Source: Pseudomonadales bacterium
Lineage (GTDB): Bacteria > Pseudomonadota > Gammaproteobacteria > Pseudomonadales > Azotimanducaceae
Reading direction: 5' to 3'
Assembly: GCA_963668365.1 (NCBI GenBank)
Contig: OY764266.1
Span: 1,646,037 to 1,710,036 of the forward strand
Length of the DNA: 64,000 nt
Shown here: one piece after another, positions 19,660-29,375 of the stretch
Position numbering within the stretch: position 1 is the first letter of the stretch
Layout: each line of letters begins with the position of its first letter
Made by a program: the position numbers and the translations under genes
The notes under the pieces: model-generated
What the model was told of the DNA's origin: nothing
The model's database searches: none
The model's input: the letters and a program-made list of their open reading frames with translations, nothing else

Positions 19660-19730
19660 ACCATTGTACCCCCCCCCCTGCGCGAAGCTGTCAACACCTC
19701 GCACTGTCCATTGTTGTCAACAAATAGAAG
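19660..19730. promoter_or_regulatory. TonB-receptor upstream region with a C10 homopolymeric tract (~19669-19678) and a perfect 13-nt palindrome TTGTTGTCAACAA (~19711-19723)
   Basis: Seen directly in the sequence, 135-190 nt upstream of the receptor start codon in the 270-bp gap to the upstream gene. Confidence 0.5.
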
Positions 19731-19807
19731 TGTCCGGTTCTATGGCGCTAGTCGGTCAATGTGGGTCCTTGGCCCGCGAAGCTTGTGGCCGAGGGACGAA
19801 TCCCCGC

Positions 19808-20932
19808 TCAGAGACTCGCCAGGTCCACTGCCTTGCCGGTGCGTGCCGACTCGTAGATTCCAAACAGCACCTTCATCGAACCCAGGATGTCCTTGCCGCT
19901 GCTGATCGGCTCCTTGCCCTCCCGGGAGCACTCGGCGAAGTGCAGAATCTCATTGGTGAAGCAGTCGTCGCTGGGCAGCCCCCAGGTGCCGGGCGCAAGC
20001 TGGTGATAGTGGCCCATGATGTCTTCCATACTCCGCATCGGCCTTCCCGGCTCGCGCCGGTTCATCACGGGTTCGGTTCCCGGCTCGTCGCGCTCCGGAG
20101 ACGAGACCACGACCGGACCGAAGTGGTCGCCCCGATAGATCGGGAATACCGGCAGGGAGTGCAGGGCGCCCTTGTCCCCAAGGAGCGTGTACTGCTGGGA
20201 TACCGGCCCCCGCACCGCACACCAGGAGCAGAGCACCGTCCCCACAGCTCCGTTCTCGAACTCGAGCGTGGCACAGAGAATGTCTTCGGCATTGTTCTTG
20301 AGTCGGGGCGAGACTGTCCTCGTGACGCCGTTGACGCGCTTCACGTCCCCGACGAGGTGCCTCACGAGGTCCACTTCGTGAATCGTGTTGGTCATGCCGA
20401 TACCTCCGCCGGCATTCCCATCAAGCATCCAGTGCCCTTCCCGCAGTCTCCCGACGGCGTTCATCAGGATGTCGATACGCGCCGCCCGGATCTCTCCGAG
20501 TTCCCCCGCCGCCAGGAGCTGCCGCACTGCCTCTGTTGACGGCGAGAAACGCAGCATGTGGGCGATCATGAAGGTAACGCCCGCCTTGTCGGCGGCGGCG
20601 ATCATGTCGCGGCACTCCTGCATGTTGTTGCCCATGGGCTTTTCGACGAGGGCATGTTTGCCGGCCTCGGCCGCCGCAATCACGATCGGCGCGTGGGTAT
20701 GGTGACTGGTGCAGATGTCTACCCCGTCGATATCCGCTTCCCGCAACATCTTCTCGTAGTCGAGATAGATGTCATCGACGTTGGCTTCTTTGGCGCGTTC
20801 CCGCGCCGCCTCTTCAACGATATCGCAGACAGCGGTCAGCTTTACCTGTTCCGGAAACTGCTCGTATACGGGCAGGTGCGCCCGCGATATTCCGCCCGTT
20901 CCTATCAGCCCGATCTTGAATGGTTCCGACAT
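19808..20932 (-). CDS. Gfo/Idh/MocA family NAD(P)-dependent oxidoreductase
   Basis: N-terminal Rossmann motif IGLIGTGGISRAHL and an EKP...A..M core. 374 aa. Confidence 0.75.
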   Translation of the reverse strand: MSEPFKIGLIGTGGISRAHLPVYEQFPEQVKLTAVCDIVEEAARERAKEANVDDIYLDYEKMLREADIDGVDICTSHHTHAPIVIAAAEAGKHALVEKPMGNNMQECRDMIAAADKAGVTFMIAHMLRFSPSTEAVRQLLAAGELGEIRAARIDILMNAVGRLREGHWMLDGNAGGGIGMTNTIHEVDLVRHLVGDVKRVNGVTRTVSPRLKNNAEDILCATLEFENGAVGTVLCSWCAVRGPVSQQYTLLGDKGALHSLPVFPIYRGDHFGPVVVSSPERDEPGTEPVMNRREPGRPMRSMEDIMGHYHQLAPGTWGLPSDDCFTNEILHFAECSREGKEPISSGKDILGSMKVLFGIYESARTGKAVDLASL

Positions 20933-20950
20933 TGTTCTCTCCTTGTCTGA

Positions 20951-21586
20951 TTAAGCGCTCGCGCTCGAGCGCGCCGACACTTCCGCGTGCCAGCGCGCCA
21001 CGTTCTCGCAGTTCTCCGGCACGGGGACGCGGGCCGCCATCGAGGCGAAATCGACGGCGCAGAGTGCCGTGATGTCCGCGATGGTGAACGCGTCTCCCGC
21101 AACATATTGGGACTGGCCGAGATGCGCGTTCAGCCTGTGGTAGAAGCGCAGCAGGGATGCCTGGCCGCGTTCGACCAGGGCGGGGATGGCGTCGACCTCG
21201 CCCACGTTCCCACCGAGTCCCCGCTTCGAGAACCTCGGGTAGGCGTTTCGAAACGTCTCGGCGGCGCTCAGGAGACCTTCGAACTCCATGTGCCGCTGGC
21301 GCGCTTCGATCTGTGCCTTGCTCACGGCATCCGTGCCCATCAACGGGGGCTCGGGGTGCGTTTCCTCGAGATAGCGGCAGATGGCGACCGACTCGTCGAG
21401 AACCGTGCCGTCGTCGAGCACGAGCGTGGGCAGCAGGCCCCGGGGATTCACAGCGAGGAAGTCGTCGCTCAAGTTCTCTCCCAGGACGATATTGAGTTGC
21501 TCGGTCTCGCAGGAGATGCCCTTCTCCGCCATGAAGATGCGGACGCGGCGCGGGTTCGGCGCCGGCTCGCTGTCGTAGAGCTTCAT
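20951..21586 (-). CDS. glutathione S-transferase
   Basis: MKLYDSEPAPNPRRVRIFMAEKGI... is a thioredoxin-like N-domain plus helical C-domain. Start trimmed to ATG 21586 with a GAGAGG RBS. Confidence 0.7.
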   Translation of the reverse strand: MKLYDSEPAPNPRRVRIFMAEKGISCETEQLNIVLGENLSDDFLAVNPRGLLPTLVLDDGTVLDESVAICRYLEETHPEPPLMGTDAVSKAQIEARQRHMEFEGLLSAAETFRNAYPRFSKRGLGGNVGEVDAIPALVERGQASLLRFYHRLNAHLGQSQYVAGDAFTIADITALCAVDFASMAARVPVPENCENVARWHAEVSARSSASA

Positions 21587-21662
21587 CGGTTGCCTCTCGG
21601 AGAATGCCGGTACTGGAACGGGGCGGCAGACTATCACACGCCCGTCGCCACGGACGCCGGCG

Positions 21663-22148
21663 CTACGGTGCCGGGTCCGCGAACCTGAAACGCTTCTCCT
21701 CGGGCGGATAGCAGAATCCGAAGTCCGCGCAGCCCTGGTACCCAATCGCCACTTCGATGTCGCCATCGCCCCGGTCGAGGATCGGCACGCGCACGGTGAC
21801 CTCGCCGTAGTACACCTCCACGTCGCCGAAGAACTCGTCGGTCTTCGGTTCACCGGCGGGAATGACCGGGCTGCCGAGTACGCCGTCTTCACCCGAGAAA
21901 GCGAACCGGTGCCGGTACAGGTAATAGCCGTCGGGCATGCGCCAGGCCGCGACCAGGAAGCCGTCTTCGGAAAGCTCAGCCGAAAGGGCAAAAGCCTGGT
22001 CGACTGCCAGGACTTCCCGCCGTTCCCGTTTCACGGCAAGCGGGTCAGGCCCCGATTTCAGTTCCGTTGCCGCGCGCGCGGACGGGCACGCCAGGACGAG
22101 AGCCAGGAGCATGGCGGTTCCGATTCGGCGCACAGGCATGCGTGCCAA
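21663..22148 (-). CDS. DsbD N-terminal (alpha) domain-like periplasmic protein
   Basis: Signal peptide followed by an immunoglobulin-like DsbD-alpha domain (FSGEDGVLGSPVIPAGEP...YQGCADFGFCYPP). Confidence 0.55.
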   Translation of the reverse strand: MARMPVRRIGTAMLLALVLACPSARAATELKSGPDPLAVKRERREVLAVDQAFALSAELSEDGFLVAAWRMPDGYYLYRHRFAFSGEDGVLGSPVIPAGEPKTDEFFGDVEVYYGEVTVRVPILDRGDGDIEVAIGYQGCADFGFCYPPEEKRFRFADPAP

Positions 22149-22194
22149 TATGGCATCACCGAGACGCCAATTGAAGTGTTCTTCCCGCCGCTAT

Positions 22195-22911
22195 ATGTTC
22201 CGGTCCTTTCCGCCGTACGATCTACCGTTGGACCGATCCGTCCTGTTTCGAACCTGCCTGGCGCTGCTCGCGGCCGCGCTGCTGATCGGCTGCCCGCAGA
22301 GGCCGCCGGTGGAAGTCGTCGAGCAAGCGGCCCCGCCGCCTGTCGTCGAACCACCTGACGTCAACCCCATCCTGGACCGCGCGGAGGCCGCATTTTCCGA
22401 AGACCGATTGCTCGGCGCGCCGGACGATGCGCACGCACTGTACCTCGCGGCGCTCGAGATCGAACCCGACAATCCGGACGCCCTGTATGGCATCGAACGC
22501 ATCACCGAGACGTTCATCCAGCGGGCGCGAGAGGCCATCCGCCAGGAGCGCTGGACAGTCGCGCGGCTCCTGCTCGAGCGGGCCGCGAGGGCCGATGCGA
22601 ACCACCCTTCCCTGCCTTCCGCGAACACCCAGCTCCATCAGTTGCACAACGCCGAACGCCTGCAGTTGGATCTGTCCCGGGACAATGCGCGCGCGAGGGG
22701 CCAGGCCTCGGCCGCCGCGTTGGCCCGTTTCGGTGTTCACGCACGCATGCCCAACGCGCGCGTTATCATCCGCGCCGGATCCGACGTCGAAGGGCGCTGG
22801 ATTTACGCGCGGTTGAACGATGCTCGCGGCGACAGGCGAATCCGCGGCGAGATCGTGATCGGCCACCCGCCGCGCGTCGTTGTTTTCCTGCTGCCGGAGA
22901 CGGCGCCCTAG
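22195..22911 (+). CDS. hypothetical lipoprotein (lipobox LIGC)
   Basis: ATG 22195. LLAAALLIGC lipobox. Pro-rich linker then a helical repeat-like domain. Confidence 0.5.
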   Translation: MFRSFPPYDLPLDRSVLFRTCLALLAAALLIGCPQRPPVEVVEQAAPPPVVEPPDVNPILDRAEAAFSEDRLLGAPDDAHALYLAALEIEPDNPDALYGIERITETFIQRAREAIRQERWTVARLLLERAARADANHPSLPSANTQLHQLHNAERLQLDLSRDNARARGQASAAALARFGVHARMPNARVIIRAGSDVEGRWIYARLNDARGDRRIRGEIVIGHPPRVVVFLLPETAP

Positions 22912-22938
22912 GACGCGCTCGTTCTCCAAGGAGGCAAG

Positions 22939-23970
22939 TTGAACTGGAAATTCTGGCAGGCCAGCCCGGAGACGTCCGCGCAGGCCAACTGGGTTGCGCG
23001 CGCCGCGGGGATCGCCGTCGGCGCGTACCTGCTCATCGTCACGTTCTTCTGGTGGTGGTGGGATGCGGAGCCCGATACCTTCGACGTGGTCGAAGTCGCG
23101 CGCGAGGCTGCTAACGCGTCGGGCGAAGACCTCGTCACCGGCGCCATCACGACCTCCACGCTCATTCGCATGGGCGAGATTCTGCTCGACAAGCGGGGCG
23201 GCTACCTCGCGAACGACCTGTTCCCGCCCAGCGTGTGGATGGACAACGTGCCGAACTGGGAGTTCGGCGTCATCGTGCAGATGCGGGACATGAGCCGCGT
23301 CATGCGGGCCGACCTGAGCCGCTCGCAGAGCCAGTCCACCGAGGATCCCGACCTTTCACTCGCCGAGGGCAAGTTCTTCTTCAACAACGATAGCTGGATA
23401 TTCCCGCGAACCGAGGATGAGTACCGCGACGGCGTGGAGTACCTGCGGGGCTACAGGGCGCGCCTCTCCGACGCGGACCGGCCGGAGGCGCAGTTCTACG
23501 CCCGCGCCGACAACCTGCGCGCCTGGCTGACCGCCGTCGAAACGCGGCTCGGCAGCCTGTCGCAGCGGCTATCCGCGAGCGTCGGCAAGCGGCAGCTCGA
23601 TGTGGGCCTGGCGGGCGACCGAGCGGCGGCGCAGTCAACGCCGACGCCGTCCGACGCGGCACTGCAGACAAGCTGGTTCGAAATCGACGACGTGTTCTAC
23701 GAAGCCCGCGGCCAAGCGTGGGCGCTGCTGCACATGCTGCGCGCCGTGGAACGCGATTTCGCCGAGGTGCTGGAGGACAAGAACGCCCGCGTCAGCCTGC
23801 TGCAGATCGTGCGCGAACTCGAGGGTACGCAGAAGACGATCTGGAGCCCCATGATCCTGAACGGCACCGGTTTCGGCTTCACCGCGAACCATTCGCTGGT
23901 CATGGCGTCGTACATCTCCCGCGCCAACGCGGCGATCATCGACCTGCGAGCCTTGCTGGCACAGGGCTAA
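22939..23970 (+). CDS. DUF2333 family membrane-anchored protein
   Basis: 343 aa. N-terminal TM (GAYLLIVTFFWWWW) then conserved DUF2333 body. TTG start with a strong AAGGAGG RBS. Confidence 0.6.
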   Translation: MNWKFWQASPETSAQANWVARAAGIAVGAYLLIVTFFWWWWDAEPDTFDVVEVAREAANASGEDLVTGAITTSTLIRMGEILLDKRGGYLANDLFPPSVWMDNVPNWEFGVIVQMRDMSRVMRADLSRSQSQSTEDPDLSLAEGKFFFNNDSWIFPRTEDEYRDGVEYLRGYRARLSDADRPEAQFYARADNLRAWLTAVETRLGSLSQRLSASVGKRQLDVGLAGDRAAAQSTPTPSDAALQTSWFEIDDVFYEARGQAWALLHMLRAVERDFAEVLEDKNARVSLLQIVRELEGTQKTIWSPMILNGTGFGFTANHSLVMASYISRANAAIIDLRALLAQG

Positions 23971-24014
23971 GCGCTGGCTTCGGGTCTCAGTCTTTTGTTT
24001 TGGAGGCAAGAATA

Positions 24015-24236
24015 GTGAGTCAATGCGGCGGTGCAGCAAACAAGAATCTGCCAGAGGAAGGCGGGATTTCGTCCGTCTACAAGGAACCGCTCGACTCCTG
24101 CTGCGGTGACTCGGGCAATGACGGCGACGAGACTGAGACAGATCCCATCCTGTCCCTTCACGGCCTGGGCAAGGACATCTGGGCGGACGAGGAAGCCGAT
24201 GATTACGTGCGGCGTCTTCGGGGAGAGTGGCGGTGA
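24015..24236 (+). CDS. small acidic Cys-containing hypothetical protein (73 aa)
   Basis: GTG start preceded by a GGAGG RBS. C-terminal ...GLGKDIWADEEADDYVRRLRGEW resembles C-termini of some small antitoxin-type proteins, but no toxin partner is adjacent. Confidence 0.35.
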   Translation: MSQCGGAANKNLPEEGGISSVYKEPLDSCCGDSGNDGDETETDPILSLHGLGKDIWADEEADDYVRRLRGEWR

Positions 24237-24567
24237 GTCATCGCCAACCCCAGCGCCCAGAAAAGAGCTTGACAGGCGACTCGACCGGATCCTCAAGCAA
24301 GGGTCTAATAGCACATCCGCAAGGGATACGTCGCCGGAGAGGCTGAGACTTCAGGCACAAGCCCGACGCGACATCGCAAGGTCCAACTTTGGGTGCTCCT
24401 CGCGCTTGTTCGAAACCGCGCCTTCGGTATCATGTCGCGCCCAATCGACCCATAGCGATACACCGTGCGCCGAGCGTGGCGCCCGTCGGTCCGCCATCGC
24501 CGCGCACGGTGGCCCCGAGGCGGACCGCTAGCGGTCCATCACAGAGAATCAACGTTTAAGGGGAGCC

Positions 24568-26604
24568 ATGCTGGAGCAAACGATCCTTCCGCCCGTGTTC
24601 GGCCTCGTCGGACTTGCGTGCGCCTTCATCGTCTATGCGCTGGTCAAGCGATATGCCGAAGGCGAGGACAACGTCCGCAACATCGCCGATCAGATCCATC
24701 TCGGCGCGATGATTTTCATGCGCCGCGAGTACCTGATGCTGGCGCTCTTCGCCGGGGTTCTGATCATCATCCTGCTTGCTTCGCCGGGACTCGGTCCTTC
24801 GACCGCCATCGCCTTCATCGTCGGCGCGCTGTCTTCGGCCGGCGCCGGGTGGATCGGCATGTATACGGCCACCAAGGCCAACGTGCGCACGACTACGGCG
24901 GCGCACACGCAGGGTGCCCCTGAGGCACTCTCGGTCGCCTTCTTCGGCGGCTCCATCATGGGCCTGGCGGTGGCTTCCCTCGGCCTTCTCGGCCTGGGCA
25001 TCGTCTACTACTTCTTCGGCGGCGATCCGCATACGGCGCACCACATACACGGATTCGGCATGGGCGCCTCCAGCGTCGCGCTGTTCTCCCGTGTCGGCGG
25101 CGGCATCTATACCAAGAGCGCCGACGTCGGCGCCGACCTGGTCGGCAAGCTCGAGCAGGGCATCCCGGAGGACGATCCCCGCAACCCCGGCGTCATAGCC
25201 GACAACGTCGGCGACAACGTCGGGGATATAGCCGGCATGGGCTCCGACATCTTCGAGTCCTACTGCGGCGCCATGATCGCGTCCATCGCCATCGCGGCGA
25301 CCCTGAGCCTCGTCATGCTCGACAACCTGACCACCGGCCTCGCGGAACCCGACGCCCGCGGCGCGCTCATGTTCCTGCCGCTGGCGCTCGCCTCCACCGG
25401 CCTCATCTGCTCGATCATCGGCATCGGCATCGTGCGCAGCCGTTCGTCCTCGAACGCCGCGCTCGCCTTGCGCATCGGGATGATGGTCTCGCCGGTCATG
25501 TTCGTCGCCGCGGCCTATTTCGTCATCAACAACCTGCTCGACGTTTCGACGGCCATCTGGTGGTCCGTCGTGGCCGGCGCCGCCGGGGGCATGATTATCG
25601 GTCTCACCACGGAGTACTACACGTCGTCGAAACCCATCGAACGCATCGCCAAGGCGGGAGAAACCGGGCCTGCCACCGTCATGATCACCGGCCTCGCGGT
25701 GGGCATGCAGTCCGTGGTCATACCGCTCCTCGCCATCTGCGGCATCATCTTCGTCTCGACGGAACTCGCCGGACTCTACGGCGTCGGCATCGCCGCAGTG
25801 GGGCTTCTAGCCACCGTGGGCATGACCATGGCCGTGGATGCCTACGGGCCGGTTGCCGACAACGCCGGCGGCATCGCGGAGATGGCCGGCCTCGGCGAAG
25901 ACACCCGCGCGATTACGGACTCGCTGGACGAACTCGGCAACACCACCGCCGCCATGGGCAAGGGCTTCGCCATCGGCGCCGCGGCGCTGGCCGCGCTCGC
26001 CATCATCGCCGCCTTCGTAGAAACCGTTTCCTACAACCGCGGCGGCGACTTCTCGCTGCACATCGGCAACCCCGAGGTTCTGATCGGACTCTTCCTCGGC
26101 GGCCTGATCCCGTTCCTGATCGCCTCCATCACCATGACCTCGGTCGGCGACGCCGCCATGGAGATGATTCAGGAAATCCGGCGGCAGTTCAGGGAAATCC
26201 CCGGTCTGCTCGAGGGCACCGCGGAGCCGGACAACGCCAAGTGCATAGACATCGCGACGTCCGCCGCACTCAAGCGCATGCTGCTGCCGGGCGCCATCGC
26301 CGTGGCGGTGCCGCCGGTCATCGGATTCGGCATCGGCGCGGAAGCGCTGGGCGGCGCGCTCGGCGGCGCCCTGCTAGGCTGCGTCTTGATGGCGCTCACC
26401 ATGGCCAACGCCGGCGGCGCCTGGGACAACGCGAAGAAGTTTGTCGAGAAAGGCAATCTCGGCGGCAAGGGTTCCGACGTTCACGCCGCGACGGTCGTCG
26501 GCGACACGGTCGGAGACCCGTTCAAGGACACCTCCGGGCCGAGCATGAACATCCTGATCAACGTCATGGCGATCGTCAGTCTGGTGATCGCGCCGCTGCT
26601 GTAG
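24568..26604 (+). CDS. hppA: membrane-bound proton-translocating pyrophosphatase (H+-PPase)
   Basis: 678 aa polytopic protein with the conserved DNVGDNVGD motif and [20 protein letters not shown]. Confidence 0.9.
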   Translation: MLEQTILPPVFGLVGLACAFIVYALVKRYAEGEDNVRNIADQIHLGAMIFMRREYLMLALFAGVLIIILLASPGLGPSTAIAFIVGALSSAGAGWIGMYTATKANVRTTTAAHTQGAPEALSVAFFGGSIMGLAVASLGLLGLGIVYYFFGGDPHTAHHIHGFGMGASSVALFSRVGGGIYTKSADVGADLVGKLEQGIPEDDPRNPGVIADNVGDNVGDIAGMGSDIFESYCGAMIASIAIAATLSLVMLDNLTTGLAEPDARGALMFLPLALASTGLICSIIGIGIVRSRSSSNAALALRIGMMVSPVMFVAAAYFVINNLLDVSTAIWWSVVAGAAGGMIIGLTTEYYTSSKPIERIAKAGETGPATVMITGLAVGMQSVVIPLLAICGIIFVSTELAGLYGVGIAAVGLLATVGMTMAVDAYGPVADNAGGIAEMAGLGEDTRAITDSLDELGNTTAAMGKGFAIGAAALAALAIIAAFVETVSYNRGGDFSLHIGNPEVLIGLFLGGLIPFLIASITMTSVGDAAMEMIQEIRRQFREIPGLLEGTAEPDNAKCIDIATSAALKRMLLPGAIAVAVPPVIGFGIGAEALGGALGGALLGCVLMALTMANAGGAWDNAKKFVEKGNLGGKGSDVHAATVVGDTVGDPFKDTSGPSMNILINVMAIVSLVIAPLL

Positions 26605-26681
26605 GTGAAGGGCGCGGGACTCAGTTAGGCGGGACCTCGAAAAGGACGTCAGGAAAGGGAACCGAAAGACCTGCGTCCAAT

Positions 26682-27134
26682 TCAGGCACTCCGACGGGCC
26701 CCGCCTCCGTCGATAACAGCCTCAAGGAATTCGCCGAAGCTCGGACTACGTTGTGCGATGGTATTCGGATCGAGAGAGCGAGCGATATCCTCGGAAACAC
26801 GGGCCGTATAAACACGAGTTCCAAGCAAATGCTTGAGATGTAGCTTCGGGTTCGGAATCTCGTCTGGTTTCGACGTGTCCACACTACCAAGGCTTCTTCC
26901 CAAGAAAGCCCTCAATCGTTCGGCGTTGGCGAAATACCAAGCTTCGAGGTGTTGCTGAGCATAAGCAAACAGAATCTCCACGCGGATGTTTGGCAGACGA
27001 GGGGGCAATTCAACCTTGAAGATCTGAATAAGCTCCGCAGGATCTGATTGATCCACGTCGACAAGCACGACGAATTTGTCTGGCGGCGTGTCTGAATCCG
27101 CGAACCAAGCGGCCTTGATCAGCCTCTCCACCAT
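26682..27134 (-). pseudogene. DUF4276 family protein, C-terminal two-thirds only (N-terminal ~60 aa missing)
   Basis: AQQHLEAWYFANAERLRAFLG and DEIPNPKLHLKHLL...YTARVSEDIARSLDPNTIAQRSPSFGEFLEAV match the conserved C-terminal half of DUF4276. Only 51 nt separate it from the upstream bcp stop, so the N-terminal domain cannot be encoded. No partner ATPase is present. Confidence 0.55.
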
Positions 27135-27185
27135 TTCGGTGCTCAGAGCAAACCCCGGGGTGGGATCCCCCGTGGGCTGTGCCGA

Positions 27186-27665
27186 CTACTGGCCCCGGGT
27201 CCGCTCCGAACCGATCCACTCCCGGGCGCGGCGTATGTGTTCCAGCGGCCGGAATATCGACGAGAACATGTCGCGCACGACGCCGTTCTCGTCCAGCAGG
27301 TAGGTGACCCGTCCGGGGACCGGCCCGGTGAACGCGCCATACAGGCGGCGAACCCTGTTGCCGGGATCGCTCAGGACGGGGAAGGGGAGAGAATGGTGAT
27401 CGGCGAAGCGTTCGTGGGATTCGCCCCGACCGCTGTTGACACCGACCACTTCCGTGCCCGATGCGACGAACTCGTCGTAGTGGTCGCGAAACCCGCGGGC
27501 CTGCATCGTACAGCCCAGCGACTCGTCCATCGGATAGAAGAACAGCACCACCTTGCGGCCGCGCAGGGAACTGAGCGAAAAGGTCTCTCCGCCCGCCGCC
27601 GGCAGGACGAAATCGGGGGCCTCGTTGCCAACGGCTATTCTCGTCTTGCGCGCGACCATATCCAT
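27186..27665 (-). CDS. bcp: thioredoxin-dependent peroxiredoxin (Bcp/AhpC-TSA family)
   Basis: [38 protein letters not shown]... shows the peroxidatic Cys context. Confidence 0.75.
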   Translation of the reverse strand: MDMVARKTRIAVGNEAPDFVLPAAGGETFSLSSLRGRKVVLFFYPMDESLGCTMQARGFRDHYDEFVASGTEVVGVNSGRGESHERFADHHSLPFPVLSDPGNRVRRLYGAFTGPVPGRVTYLLDENGVVRDMFSSIFRPLEHIRRAREWIGSERTRGQ

Positions 27666-27695
27666 GCTGGGAGAGTCGGGTGATGAAAAGCATAC

Positions 27696-28241
27696 CTATT
27701 CCCGGGCTGCGGGACACGACGACGCTAGTAGATCTTCGGCACGATGCGCCACGGCACCTGCGCCCGGTATTGCTCCCACAGCGGTCCATGATTCCAGGCG
27801 CAGCGCCGTCGTCATCGCGCGCGCGGAAAGAGAGCAGCGCCACGTAGTAGAGGGGGTACAGTCGGGGGCCGAGCATGAGCGGCCAGCCGAGAGAGAGGGC
27901 GAGACCGCAGGCCATGGGGAACTCGCCGAGGTAGGCGAGGAAGTGATGCGCCGCGAACGAGAGCAGATTGAGTTCGAGATGGACGGCGCCGACCAGGTAG
28001 AGGAGCATCTTGGCGTCGGCCCTGCCGCCGAACATCTGGGATCGGCGCGCCGACCCAGGTAGAGGTCTTGCAGCAGGGCTTGCCCCTTTCCCGGTGCCGA
28101 CAATGCGACAGCGGCGGCAATCGCCAGGCCCGGCACGAAAGCGCCCGCGACGCCGGACCAGCGATGCTGCCAGAGCCAGTCCCGCGGCATCGCGCCGCTG
28201 AAGCCGGCGGCGAGCCAGAGGCCGATGCTGACGGCGAACAC
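27696..28241 (-). pseudogene. small polytopic membrane protein gene disrupted by a ~62-nt imperfect tandem duplication (frameshift)
   Basis: Two minus-strand frames each encode membrane-like segments (MFAVSIGLWLAAGFSG...QDLYLG and KMLLYLVGAVHLELNLLSFAAHHFLAYLG...). ctctacctgg occurs twice 62 nt apart around 28000-28060. Deleting the intervening copy restores a continuous frame (QDLYLVGAVHLE). Confidence 0.4.
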
Positions 28242-28267
28242 AAGCGGACCGTTCAGGCGGTACAGTT

Positions 28268-29212
28268 TTGGAATCGATTGTTAGCGTCGGAGTACTGGAT
28301 TACATTCTCCATGTGCCAGTATTGATCCCATTGAGCAACGCGCCGGCGGTTGTATGTCATGCTGGCTCGGGTTCGAATCCGGCCCATTCAGACGGTCCCC
28401 GGAATGCGTGCCAGGCGGGTCTCGACGCCATCGCCCGCGGTAACGGCGCGCTGGACGCCGCCATCGCGGCGACGCAGTGTCTCGAAGACGACGTACGCTT
28501 TAACGCCGGAACCGGCTCGAACCTCCGCCTGGACGGGACCATCCAGATGGATGCGTCATGCATGACGAGCGGCGGGAACTTTGCCGCAGTGGCTGCCATC
28601 GAGCGGGTCAGGAACCCCGTCGCTGTCGCCGAACGCCTGCTTGGGACCCCTCAAATAGTGCTTGTGGCGGACGGTGCCACTGCATTTGCCCGTCGCTGCG
28701 GCTTTGCCGACCATGATCCGGTGACACCGGCAGCGCAGTCGCGGCTCCGGAAAGTACTGGCCGTTACCGGTGCGCTTGGGGAATGGTCGAGGTCCGAGCT
28801 GGAACGGGCCTGGAACTACGATACGCCGTTACGCGAGGCCCTGGGCTGTGACACGGTAGGCAGTGTCGCATGGGATGGTAAGGGATTTGCGTGCGGCCTC
28901 AGCACCGGGGGCACAACGACGGTTCTGCGCGGGCGTGTGGGTGATGTCCCCTTGCCCGGTTGCGGCTTGTTTGCCGGTGTACACGGCGCCATCGCCGCGA
29001 CGGGCGACGGCGAATACATCGCCAGATCTCTGCTGGCCTATCGGGCCTACGCCGAGCTTGAGCGGGGGCGAAGCCCGGAGCAGGTTGTGGAATGGGCTCT
29101 CGACGAACTCGCCGAAGGCGTGGACATTGGAGTCATCGTCATGAATCAGACCGGCTTCGCGGGAGGCGCCAGGCGAGGCATGGCCTGGCACGGCCAGTGC
29201 GGCCGTGCATAA
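28268..29212 (+). CDS. isoaspartyl peptidase / L-asparaginase (Ntn-hydrolase family)
   Basis: GCDTVGSVAWDG (autoproteolytic Thr), CHAGSGS near the N-terminus, RFNAGTGSN. True start may be TTG 28322. Confidence 0.75.
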   Translation: MESIVSVGVLDYILHVPVLIPLSNAPAVVCHAGSGSNPAHSDGPRNACQAGLDAIARGNGALDAAIAATQCLEDDVRFNAGTGSNLRLDGTIQMDASCMTSGGNFAAVAAIERVRNPVAVAERLLGTPQIVLVADGATAFARRCGFADHDPVTPAAQSRLRKVLAVTGALGEWSRSELERAWNYDTPLREALGCDTVGSVAWDGKGFACGLSTGGTTTVLRGRVGDVPLPGCGLFAGVHGAIAATGDGEYIARSLLAYRAYAELERGRSPEQVVEWALDELAEGVDIGVIVMNQTGFAGGARRGMAWHGQCGRA

Positions 29213-29375
29213 ACCTGTGTTGCAGGTATCCATGGATAGAGTTACGGTGAATGCGTGCGCCCCAGAGCGCACCCGATCCGCGGGTAGGGCCATGCCCATC
29301 TGGTTGTAGAGATACGACACGATCCTCTTTTCTGTCCAAGGTGCGGATATTGGGCTTGATGAAAGGAGGTCATTC

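Noticed and set aside
25560-26843. + ORF 25560-26843 (427 aa, Arg/Gly-rich)
   Set aside because: Alternative frame of hppA, with an HRG-rich repetitive composition.
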